A stretch of 63,754 nucleotides of DNA, filler included, from Hyphochytrium catenoides (lineage: Eukaryota > Protista > Hyphochytriomycota), in the NCBI GenBank assembly GCA_900088475.1. It is 9 parts of 9 records of this genome, joined end to end, with 100 filler letters (N's around TTAATTAATTAA, not from the genome) between each part and the next. Parts side by side here need not be neighbours in the genome. Positions count along the whole stretch, not along the records: positions 27,519 to 51,173 come from FLMG01003828.1; positions 51,274 to 52,444 come from FLMG01003169.1; positions 52,545 to 55,118 come from FLMG01001100.1; positions 55,219 to 56,381 come from FLMG01001757.1; positions 56,482 to 58,664 come from FLMG01002731.1; 4 more parts are not named here. One strand, 5' to 3'. Made by a program: the position numbers and the translations under genes. The stretch's first letter is position 1. Every line of letters starts with the position of its first letter. This document shows positions 46,490 through 57,520 of this stretch, one piece after another. The notes under the pieces are model-generated. The model was not told the DNA's origin. It saw nothing but the letters and a program-made list of their open reading frames with translations, and made no database searches.

Positions 46490-47548
46490 ATGGCGACTGC
46501 CGCCAGGCCGTTCTATTACTACCTAGGTACTCTCCTTCTCGTCTTAACCCTGACCTGTGTGGCCAGCAGTGGTGTGGCTATCTCCTCCATCAGAGGGCAT
46601 CAGCAACAAAAACAAATTGTGGCGAACGAAAGGGACGAAGTGCTTGTTGTGGCAGAAGACGGAAGGGTGCTAAATGACCCCAAAACGACGGGTTTGACAA
46701 CCGCGCCGGCCCGGTACGACGATGACGACGACACAGAAGAAGATGGAGAACTACAACCAGGGCATCAGCACAATACATTGCCTTTACAATCCGCTGCTTC
46801 TATTCCTCATGATGGAAGACAACCACAACACCAGCTCCGTGGCCTCTCTGATGGTCTCCCTGATTTGTCACTGTGGAATATTTGCTGGAAAGCACAGCGA
46901 GGTAGCCGTAGAGACGATGAATGGCGCGTCTACTTCGGACCATGTGAAGAAAGCCTAGGTCAGATGAGCTATTCTGATAAAAAGTTGGTTCAATGGGTCG
47001 GAACTCCAGAGTGTGCGTTTGGAGACAAGGGAGCACCTCAAACAGAGTATGGTGGCACCTTAAGAATCACTAAACCTTGGAAGAAAGCTAAAAGGCAACG
47101 CGCGTGGCTAGCCTCAAGGGAGAACTCAGTGACTGCTCCAACGAAAGAGGATAATGGCGTCTCGTACCTCTTCGGTTTGCCGGCCGCCATACGACGTAGA
47201 TGTTATCAGACAAGACTATGGGAGGTGGATGGTGATAAACTTCCAAAATGGAATAACAATCTTCCGAACAGTGGCGTCGACGCAATCAAGAACATACTGA
47301 CAGCGGCGTGGAGCCGTAGATATGGTCCCAACTACTTGGGCCCGAAGGAGATGGAAAGACTAGACCCCAAGTCCATCGATGAGTATCTTAAGCTCGTCAT
47401 CTTCCCTCAAATCTGCCATCATGCACTGGTCTTGGATCGCAGCGTTAGTGAGAAGGAAAGGCTGCTGGGTTACGACGGCAAATGGTACAGAATAAGTGAA
47501 GGCGGCTTTCAGGGAGGCTGCGAGTTCTTTGATAATCGTCCTCAGTAA
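46490..47548 (+). CDS. Secreted hypothetical protein (352 aa, intronless) with acidic pro-region and Trp/Cys-rich domain
   Basis: ATG at 46490, hydrophobic LGTLLLVLTLTCVASS, then IRG...DGRVL, DDDDDTEED and HQLRGL, then about 230 aa of complex sequence. Confidence 0.8.
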   Translation: MATAARPFYYYLGTLLLVLTLTCVASSGVAISSIRGHQQQKQIVANERDEVLVVAEDGRVLNDPKTTGLTTAPARYDDDDDTEEDGELQPGHQHNTLPLQSAASIPHDGRQPQHQLRGLSDGLPDLSLWNICWKAQRGSRRDDEWRVYFGPCEESLGQMSYSDKKLVQWVGTPECAFGDKGAPQTEYGGTLRITKPWKKAKRQRAWLASRENSVTAPTKEDNGVSYLFGLPAAIRRRCYQTRLWEVDGDKLPKWNNNLPNSGVDAIKNILTAAWSRRYGPNYLGPKEMERLDPKSIDEYLKLVIFPQICHHALVLDRSVSEKERLLGYDGKWYRISEGGFQGGCEFFDNRPQ

Positions 47549-47770
47549 AGGTGGACGATGTCTGTGTATAGTACTGGAGATAGCGCCGCCACTACCGGGG
47601 CCGGAGCTAACTATTATGAATACATTAATCGTGATAGTGTCTAAGCTTTGACTATCTTCCTCTCGCTTATTCCTTGGATCTTCTACGTCTGTCTGAGAGG
47701 CTTCAGGGCAGTTCTATGAAGAAAAGACAACCTATTAGGGCTTGTTACCGTTCTTTACGTGTGTTATTCT

Positions 47771-47816
<46 letters not shown>

Positions 47817-48852
47817 CTTTTTTTTTTTTTCTTTTGTTGTGTTCCCCTTCCTCTCTCTTTCCTAGTCGTCTGTCCGTCTTTATCTCCATCTTTGCGTCGG
47901 TGTCTCTTCGGCCTCTCTCTTCCTCTCTCTTCCTCTCAAACAGTCTCTCGCTCTGTGTCCTCTTTCTATCTCTTTGCCTCTCTCTATTCTGTCTTCCTCG
48001 CTCTCTGTCTCTCTCTCTCTCTATCTGTTCATCTTCTCGGTCTCTCGTCAATCCCTTCTTTCTCTCACCCCTCTCTCTCTCTCGTCCTAGTCTCTGTGTC
48101 TATCTTTTCTCCATTTAGGGGTCTCTCTGTTTATCCCCCTCCGTTTTTCTTTGTTGCTCCCTTTGTCTTTCTCACTCTTTTCTCCGTCTCCTCAGTCCCA
48201 CTACTCTTTACTCTCCCATATAAACCTCTTCTCTCTCTCTCTCCGTTTATCTCTCTCTTCTCCCTCTCTGTCTCTTCTCACACTCTCATCTCTCTCCCTC
48301 TCCAGTTCAAGCTTCACATGCAGGAGGCCTCAGCAGGTAAGATATTGTGGGGCCAAAGGACGAAGAAAGAGCAAACCGATAGCGGCGTCCTCTCAGAAGT
48401 AATCGAAGAAGGAGAGCCTGATGTTATATATATAGACACTGCTGCGGCCTTCTGGATGAGCATAATGCTGCTCTCCCAAGCGCTCCCACCGCTGCCCTTG
48501 GGCCTTCTTCATCCTGCTTTCTTCTTCCTCATCAGTTCGTCATTTTGCTACAGGCACCATCTCATCATTAGAGTACACAGTAGACCAGGAAATATTACGA
48601 AGAGGGAAAGGAGAGAGAGAGAGAGAGAGAGAGGAAGAAGAAGAACGTAAGGGCGAGGAGAGAGAGAAAAAGAAGGAAAGCGGGCACATGAATGACTAGC
48701 CAACCACGAAGACAGGTGACTCTCTTGTCATCTTGGAAGAAAGGCTCTCGCTGAAGAAAAAATGCGGGAACAACATTAGTGCTGACGAGCAAGAAGGAAG
48801 ATAAACTGCTCCGAAAGAAGGAGAGGAAGAGATATATATAGAGAGAGTTAGT

Positions 48853-48905
<53 letters not shown>

Positions 48906-49574
48906 CCATTTTGAAGGGACTTTAAGCATCACACTAACAATCTTCATAGATGACGATGGTATATATCACGTAAACGCCGGGCAGGCGGACGAAGAGGAAG
49001 AAGAGAAGAGAGTTAGAGAATGAGGGGACGGCAAGTGCTACCGGGAAAGTGAAGAAAGAGGAGAGACTAGATAAGAGAGAGGCTTGGAGGGGGAAGGAGC
49101 AGCAGTGATGAGCTAAGTTCATCAGGTGCTGGAGGCGCTCAGGCTTTTCTCTTAGTTCTCACCCCTTTCTTCTCACTACTTCTCTCTCGCACGCTCTCTC
49201 TCTCTCTCTCTTGCTCTGTCCCTCTCCTGGTCGATCGCTATGTCTTCCTTCCGCTCTCTCTCTCGCCCGTTCCTCCCGGTCAACCTTTTTCTGTCTCGTG
49301 TCTCTTCTCTTTAATACTCTTCATTTGCTGTTCCCTCTCCTCGCTTCAGCCTATATTCTAACCCCAGCTAAAGCAGCACCTCCATCACCAATAAGCACAG
49401 AGTCTCTCTTCTAAGGACAACTTTCCTATTCCCACTCTTCTCTCTTTTAGACAGACTTCTCAATTTGTCTTTGCCTCTGTTCTTTCTCTCCTCGCCCAAC
49501 GCGCGTGTACAAACCTACAATGTTCCTCTCTCTCTCTCTCTCTCTCTCTCTTCCCCCTCTCNNNNNNNNNNNNN

Positions 49575-49626
<52 letters not shown>

Positions 49627-50633
49627 TCTTTTTTTCTCTCTTCCCTCCTCCTTCCTTCCCCTATCTTATCTATTATGCTCTCGCGATTGATGACCCGCTC
49701 TTCACCTCAAGCTCCTCTTCCTTACTCCGTGCAAGGACCCAGGTCCTCATGTCACACCCGAAGGAGTGGTAGCGTTGCTACACTGTCTCTCAGTTCGTTG
49801 TCACTCTTCCCCATTCTTTCCTTCAACAACGAAGGTGATTGTTCTTCCCATTTGACAGAACTTCTAGCTCAAACGGCGCAATGCGATGGAGTTTCGGATT
49901 TAAAGCTTCGGCAGCACCTCCAGCAATGCAACAGATACAAAACCATGTGCTCTATCGCTGTCTCTCTCTTTCTCTCTCTCTCACTCCTTTTTCTCTCATT
50001 TTCTTTCTCTCTCTGTCTCTCTCCCCCTCCTTGGGCCTTTCAATTTCTCTCTCTTTCCTCTCTCTGCCTCTCTTCCTTTCTCTCTTGCCCTCCCTCCCTC
50101 TTCCTCTTCTCTCTTTCCGTCCCTCGTTCTTCCTCTTCTCTTTTTTCTCCTCGTCTTTCTCTCTCCTTTCCTTTTCTCTCTTCCTCTGTTGGCTTCGACG
50201 ATATACCTCCCTAGTCCTCCCCGTATTCTGGCGGACGCCCCTGCTTCTTGATTCTTTTCACCTTATGGAAGCGGTTCTTTCAGCAGCAGGAACATGAGTA
50301 GATAGATTCTCTCCTTTCTGTATCGCATTCTCTCTGTCTCTGTCTCCTCCATATCTCTCTTTTCGTACCCCTCTCTCCATAATACCTCTCTCCTTCTTCT
50401 TCTCTCTCTGTCTCTCTCTCCCTCTCTGTCTCCTGATAATGATGGAGCTGCTGCAGCTCTCTCTCTCAAGCGAGACTAAGAAAGGCTGCCCCTGCAACAG
50501 CTGGTAGTATGGAAGGCTTCTCTTTCTGCCGTCGTCATTGCTGATTGTTGGCGGAGCTTATTTTTTCATTGTCCATTTCTTTTTTCTGTACGTCAAGGGG
50601 GAAGTCACTTGTTGTTATTACCCCTCTTACCAC

Positions 50634-51173
50634 TTTCCTTTTGCTCACCAGGATGAGCGTGAGAGAGCATGCAGATCAATGGTAAGCCTCTGGCTGGGGG
50701 GATCAACTGGCGCTTGACATTACTAGCCTGGGAGCTCCCCTTGCCGCCCCTAGCTGGGTCAAGCGAAGGGAGGAGGCTCTTGGCCGTTAGTAGCGACGTG
50801 TCCTAAATCTACGGCAAACTCATAAGGACTAGGCTAACTAACAAGAACTAACTGAGTACTCCTTACCACCCTGACTACAAATTAGTTACCTACTCTCTCT
50901 TCTTCCGTACGGTAGGCGCAGCGAAGATAGGGCGGGCGGGCGGTTGACTGTTCCTGCTGCGTCGAATAGGTGCAGTCAGCTGTGCCTCCCCTCTCCGTTG
51001 CCGCTGTGTCTAAGTCTGGGCAGACGGCAGAGGCTGAGGCTGACCGAGCAAATCTGAGACTGAGGTCCGAGGTCAGCCCCATCCTCTACCGCGCCAGGAA
51101 AACCTAATATCCCCCCGGATATTCAACCTTTCCTTTTGCTCACCAGGATGAGCGTGAGAGAGCATGCAGATCA
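50634..51173 (-). mobile_element. 3' end of a second YR-retrotransposon copy with B-A-B split direct repeat arrangement
   Basis: 50634-50785 is an inverted, diverged copy of 40634-40779. Its terminal 45 bp recur at 51129-51173, cut by the contig end. Confidence 0.7.
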
Positions 51174-51273
51174 NNNNNNNNNNNNNNNNNNNNNNNNNNN
51201 NNNNNNNNNNNNNNNNNTTAATTAATTAANNNNNNNNNNNNNNNNNNNNNNNNNNNNNNNNNNNNNNNNNNNN

Positions 51274-52290
51274 AGCATATCTACCTGACAACTGCACCGG
51301 GCCCTTTCATCATTGGAATACCAGCGGATCTTGTGTCAGAGCTGCCCAAGGAGGAGATTAAGGAGGTCTTTCCTCTCTCCTCTCTCTCTTTCTGGCTCCG
51401 TCTCATCGCATCATCGGCCCTCCATAAGATCTAAATCTCATCTTTCTCAACTCTCTGGAGCTAGTCTTGTTCGTGTCCATTCCCTCATATCTGACTATCC
51501 CTGGGCTCTCTCCCTGTTTCAACTCTGCGCGAGTTTAGTCTCTGTCTGAACTTTCCTATACTTTCCGTATGCACTACTCTACCTTCGTTTTCCTGTCTTA
51601 CACTCTCTCTCCATATCTCACACACACATATCTCTCTTTCTCCTCCCATCTCTCTCTAGGTGGTGGTGATAGACTTGGATCAGGGGAAGCTGCGCACTTC
51701 TCGCGATTATCGGGCGCTTCCAGAGCTGGGAACCACCTCCCGAGTGGCCACCGAGAAGCTGAAGAGAGAAACAGTCACTTTGACAGGGAGAGCGAAGGGT
51801 ATGGACCACTACCTCTTTCTTTCTTCTTCCTGTCTTTCATCTTGCTCTATCTCATTTTCCCCTTCTTCCTCTTTCTGTCTCCCTTTCATCACCTCTTCGT
51901 TTTCGCAGTTTTGCGTGCTTTGGTGGTCTATGATGGCTCTCTATAGCTCTCTCGGTTGCTTTACGCTCTCTCTTCTTCTGCTGCTTCTCTTCAGCTCTCT
52001 CTCTCATTTCTCTCTTCTTTCATAAAGAGTTCATAACTGGAGAGAAAGTCGTGGAGAACCCCGCCGATGTGACGCTGATCAAAGATCTGGAGCATGGCTT
52101 CCAGAAGACCAAAGGTAAGAGTTTGACTCCGCCGTAGGGCAAGTCCACCTCACTTTCTCTCTGTCTATCTCTCCTTGTCTTTCTCTCCCATTCCCTTTCT
52201 CTTTGTTTCTCACTAACTCCCACTCTCACTCACTCTCTTTGCTCTCGTTCTCCCACAAACAAAACACCCTCTCTTCTTTTCTCTTCCCTT

Positions 52291-52329
<39 letters not shown>

Positions 52330-52444
52330 TTTTATTTTCTTCTCTACTCATGCATGTTATTTGCCCTCCTGCCCTTAGAGAGCAACAAAGTCCAAGGCAT
52401 CTATGAACCTTTCCTTGTCTTCTTCACTCGGCTATTCTGGAACT
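51274..52444 (+). CDS. DENN-domain protein fragment (cDENN into dDENN)
   Basis: Spliced TTAPGPFIIGIPADLVSELPKEEIKE|VVVIDLDQG...LP (51365/51660) and later IYEPFLVFFTRLFWN match DENN and dDENN patterns. Confidence 0.72.
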
Positions 52445-52544
52445 NNNNNNNNNNNNNNNNNNNNNNNNNNNNNNNNNNNNNNNNNNNNTTAATTAATTAA
52501 NNNNNNNNNNNNNNNNNNNNNNNNNNNNNNNNNNNNNNNNNNNN

Positions 52545-52920
52545 ATCTCCTCGTGTCTCTTCCCTGCAAACAGTCACCACAAGGGACACCCTCCTATGAG
52601 CCTCTCCTTTGGCCCTAGTAGGTCCTCTCTCCGGTTTTCTTGCTCCTCAGGATTTACCCTCTCATTCTTGCCTAGGAGCCTTTCACTTTCATCTTCTCTT
52701 CGGCTCACTTGCCTGAGAGTTTCTTCCGCCCTACGAAGTCCTTCCTCTCTCTCTCTTTCTTTCCCTCGTGTTATTGCTGAGACCAGACGCCTTCCCTAGT
52801 CTTCCCTAGCTATCCTCGCTTTCCGAATGACGTACCGGTCTCCGCTTTCATTCCTTGCTTCACAACGGAGTCGGTCGGAAACAGCCAGATGTCTAAGTGC
52901 GCAATAAAACCAAGAGAGAG

Positions 52921-52973
<53 letters not shown>

Positions 52974-54364
52974 GAGAGGAGGACACGCATTGTTAATGGA
53001 AAGCAGTGAAAATACTTGGAGGAGAGGTCTAGGCTATCGAAGCAGGAACGACAGGGTGAGAGGCATCTAAAACAAGAGAGAAACAACCTGACGATGGAAG
53101 GCTTAAGGGAAAGAGAGAGAGGAGCGCCACCCAGCAAGACGGAACTGAGACGCAAAAGAGGCCCATCTCACCGAGGAACTGACACCTCTCCGACACTGTG
53201 ACAAGCAGCTGAAGGAACTTTTCCAGCTCTTGTTGGGACCTTTATGAGGTGAGAGACATGAGAGAGAGAGAGCAAGTAAAGGAAAGAAAGAAAGAGAGAC
53301 AATAAGAACGAGAAATGAGGCCAAAGTGCCAAGCCTACTCCACAAAGCCAGAGTCTTCTCTTCTTTTCTTTTCTCTTCATCTCCATCTCTCTCTCTCTTT
53401 CCCCAGCAGAATACTTTGTCCTAATCTTTCCTTCTCTTACACTCTAGCGGGCACCGCGGCTCCGACTCTCTCCACTGCAGTGATGGCTTGCTTCCGCACC
53501 ATCCGCCCGAACCCGACGAGATGACCCGTCAACCGGCCGATCCCGCCTTGAGACTGCGCTTGAGCAGGGCTCTGTGTGAAAGAGAAGAGAGAGAGGAGGA
53601 TGGCGACCTCTATCAGTGAAGGTCAATGGGAGAGACAAGTCAACAGAAGAAAAAGGAACACCCAGGCACTGTTCACCCTTCTCTTTCTTGAGCTGTATCT
53701 TCAGACTCCAAACACGCGTCTCTGTGTCTCTCCTCAATTTCTCTCTCTTCTTTCCTGTTGCTCTCGGTCTCCGTTGATGTTTCCCACCTTATCCTCCACA
53801 GCTATCTCAGGGATGAAAGGAAAGGGCCGCGCCAGAGTGTTTTGAATGGCGGCGAGTTCCTCTAAGAACTCCTTCAGACTCTGCTGGAAGCCGCTCAGCC
53901 GCTCAGGAGAGGAAGGCGCCTCTAACGGCTGAGAGGAAGAGAAGGGAACCGTCAGGACAGCGAGAGAGACAGACAACATGAGGACCACGCAGTGCTGGTC
54001 CAGGAGTGAACAGGAAGGAGAACAATAAAGTAAAACACAAGGAGTATTGAAGGCGAGAGAGAGGGAGAAAGAGAGGGAAAGCGAGCGAAGGAGCGAGAGA
54101 GACAGAAGGAGAGGGAGAGAAAGAGATAGAGAGATAGATATAGGTGGACGTAAATATAAAGAGAGAAAGTGAGATAGAGTGAGCAGAATGAGCACCGCTT
54201 GCAGACTCGGGGAGAAAGCAAATTCAGAGGAAGCGTCCCTGGGTCAGTAGGTCATAAAGTGAGAGACACTGCTGACCTCGAGCTTGGAAAGTCCCTCTAT
54301 GAGTTGAGAGAACGCAGCAGACTTTTGTGTGATCCCAGCGATCTTGGGACCGTCCTGGGCCCTG

Positions 54365-54396
<32 letters not shown>

Positions 54397-54408
54397 AGAG
54401 AGAGAGAA

Positions 54409-54443
<35 letters not shown>

Positions 54444-55118
54444 GAGAAAGATGGAGGGGAAACAAGCCAGAAGAAGGGAAGTAAGAGATAAGAGAGACAT
54501 ACGTAGGAGTGCTGGAAGAATACAGGCACCATAAATAACCTATCGCAACAATAACACAAAGGTAAGCCAGACAGTGTCTCAATGAACAAGGGGAGTAACA
54601 CTTGGTACGCATTCGGTGGAGGGAGAGAGAGAAGAGGAAAAAGAGAAAGAAAAAGAGAATGAGAGCGAGAGAAGGACAGAACTAGGAGAGAAGAAAGAGT
54701 GAAAGAGAGGTGGAGTTCTAAGGAATAAGCGAGATAACGACAAGGGAAGATGAGAAGGGTGGACAAAGAAAGAGGCACAAGAGGAAGAAGATGATCATCG
54801 AGTGGGTGATGAGAGATTCTACGAGACGGGAAGAAAAGGCCCCTCCGACAAGACTCTCCTCCCTCTCCAGACATGCATGGAACGTAAAAGTGAGATACAG
54901 AGTGTCCGTGAGGGAGAGAGAGAGAGAAACAGACAGCAGATAAGGGGCGAAAGATCAAGAAGACGACTGTAACCAAGGGAGAGAAAGAAAAACAAGAGAG
55001 TGACCAGATGTTCTTGGGAATGAAAATGTTTGCGTCCAGGTAACCTCCTTCTCGTATGAGCTGCCTGACTGTTCGCAGGAACCAATAAGGCTGACGAGGA
55101 GCCTCCTTAGGTGCAGGC
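52545..55118 (-). CDS. Partial multi-exon hypothetical gene
   Basis: Short non-repetitive exons with GT/AG ends between CT microsatellite introns, e.g. about 54250-54361, 53788-53928, 53445-53572. Product not recognised. Confidence 0.4.
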
Positions 55119-55218
55119 NNNNNNNNNNNNNNNNNNNNNNNNNNNNNNNNNNNNNNNNNNNNTTAATTAATTAANNNNNNNNNNNNNNNNNNNNNNNNNN
55201 NNNNNNNNNNNNNNNNNN

Positions 55219-56299
55219 AGAAGTCAGCGTAGAGAGAGAGCCTGCATTGGGTAGCTTTTCACCAGGCGTAACAGGCGCGCTGATTGTGTTACAATCTTCC
55301 ATGCCATAGGGTTTCAGAAGGTCTTGAATAAATCTTCGTTGGCGAAGGTAAATCTTCCGATTTTTTCGATCCCTAATAACTTCTACTCCTAGGAAGTAAT
55401 GGAGTTCTCCTAAGTCCTTCACATCAAATCTGTCCTTTGGAAGTCTTTTAACTTGATCCGCAGCACGAGTGTTGCTTCTTGGCGCGAAGATCAGCAGGTC
55501 GTCTACGAAAGTCGACACGATGGTCGGCTTGCCATCCTCCCCGGATCTGTTGATGTAGACGCAAGGTTCAGACAAGCTGGGTTCAAATCCGTTGTCGCGA
55601 AGATAACTGTCTAATACTTTGTTCCATTGGCGAGAACTTTGTCTGAGCCCATAAATGCTGCGCTTTAGCTTACAAATCAGATGATCCTGTCCTGGTTGAG
55701 CGAATCCCGGGGGTTGGCGCATGTATATGGTCTCGTCAAGATCTCCATGGAGAAAGGCAGTTCGAATATCCAGATGATGAATCTCAAAGTCGTACATCGC
55801 AGCTAGAGAGAGGTATACAACGGACAGACTCATAGCTGACTACTGGCGCAAAGACTTCGTTGTAATCGATCCCCTGTTTCTGATTGTAGCCTTGAACAAC
55901 GAGTCGTGCCTTATAGCGATCCATGGTGCCATCACTTCCATATTTTACGCGAAACACCCATTTACACCCAATGACGTTTGCTCCTGGAGGACGTTCAACG
56001 AGTTCCCAAACGTCGTGTTGTTCCATAGATGCCATTTCACTGAGGATAGCGGCGTTCCACTCCGACGCATCCGGTCCAGAAAGAGCCTCCTCTATCGTTC
56101 GGGGTTCATTGGGTGATAAGGAGTTGCCAAGGTTAGCCATGGAGAAAATAGAGTCTTCTTGTTGAAGTCGGCGTTTGAAAAGCGGAATGCGGGAGGGAGG
56201 GACTTGTTGTGGGCAATCAGTTGCTCGTACTGGGGTTTGGACAAGGGGTTGTTGTTTGTAGACTGTCTGGGCAAACGCGCAGGTTTTCGCAACGGTCAT
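55219..56299 (-). mobile_element. Ty1/copia reverse transcriptase (RVT_2) fragment with a frameshift
   Basis: EPRTIEEAL, IGCKWVFRVK, RYKARLVVQGYNQKQGIDYNEVFAPV, HLDIRTAFLHGDL, LKRSIYGLRQS, FVDDLLI, KDLGELHYFLGVEV. The frame changes near 55810. Confidence 0.95.
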
Positions 56300-56481
56300 C
56301 GGGAGGTGAACACGAGTCTATCGAAGCTGAATTGTCGGTATCGCATACTGTGTCTGCTGGTTCAGGGGTTGGCAAGGGGCGNNNNNNNNNNNNNNNNNNN
56401 NNNNNNNNNNNNNNNNNNNNNNNNNTTAATTAATTAANNNNNNNNNNNNNNNNNNNNNNNNNNNNNNNNNNNNNNNNNNNN

Positions 56482-56569
56482 CCTAACCCTAACCCTAGCC
56501 CTAACCCTAACCCTAACCCTAACCCTAACCCTAACCCTAACCCTAACCCTAACCCTAACCCTAACCCTA
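56482..56569 (+). repeat. Telomeric (CCCTAA)n array at contig start (TTAGGG telomere)
   Basis: About 14 CCCTAA units with one CCCTAG variant. The C-rich strand is at the 5' end, as expected for a chromosome end. Confidence 0.93.
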
Positions 56570-56659
56570 CCCCAACTTCATTTATTGGGGTCGACTTATT
56601 TACACTGTTTTACATGTTACTTTAGAGAGAGAACAAAGTCGAGACTATGAGCTGTGGTG

Positions 56660-57520
56660 CCATCCGCTTGACTCATTTGTTCGTGTCCTATAAGCTTCTC
56701 ACTCCTCCTCTACCGTTCTATGCTACGTCTGTTACTCCTACTTCACCGTCCCACTTCACTCTGCTTTCTCACGAACTTCATCCTCTGTACCGCCTATTCC
56801 ACAGCGGTTGCTCTTTCGCTAACCCGCAACCCTTTCAAAGCCCACGGCCATCACCTCCCAATTGTAATCTTGGGCCATAACTCACTGGCATAACGCGATC
56901 GTGTAGCCCACATCCATAACCTCCTGTCATAACCCTAATACTCTCTGTATCAATGACTTGGTCGCTTGACTCATTTGCTCTTGTTCTACATGCTTCTTAC
57001 TCCTAATCGAATACTCATCATTTCGGTCTCCTCGCCCCTACTTCGGCGCTCTGATTCAATATCCTTAAAATCGCGAACTACCTCCCCTGGATGTATTCTT
57101 GTTGGTGCTCGTTCTCTTCCTTGTGCTCTCTGTGTATCTCTCCTGGTGACCAACTACTAATCCATTCTCTTGTCTAGCCTAAAATGCTCTCTAAACATCG
57201 CCCTACTAAGCTACTAGCTCTACTCAAATGGTTCTCCCTCTTCTCCAACAATTCTCTATCCCTTCTCAAGAGCTCTATCCTCTGTACAATTTTTCTAGGT
57301 TATCTTTTTCTCCATTGCTGTTCGTCTTTACCATTTGTTCCTTATTGTAACCAACTGCTTCCCATTATCCATCCTAACTTCAAAATGCTCCCTCTCTTAT
57401 CCAGTCCGCTTGAGTCCCGTGCTCCTTAGCTATATGCTTCTGACTCCTCTAACATTTGGCGGTCTTTTAATTACGCCTACTTCCCCGCTTCTGCTTTACT
57501 CTGCTTATTCGCATAAGCTT
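56660..57520. repeat. Degenerate subtelomeric repeat, three copies of about 120 bp
   Basis: CGCTTGA.TC...AT/AAGCTTCT.ACTCCT...CCTACTTC starting at 56665, 56963 and 57407. Confidence 0.7.
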
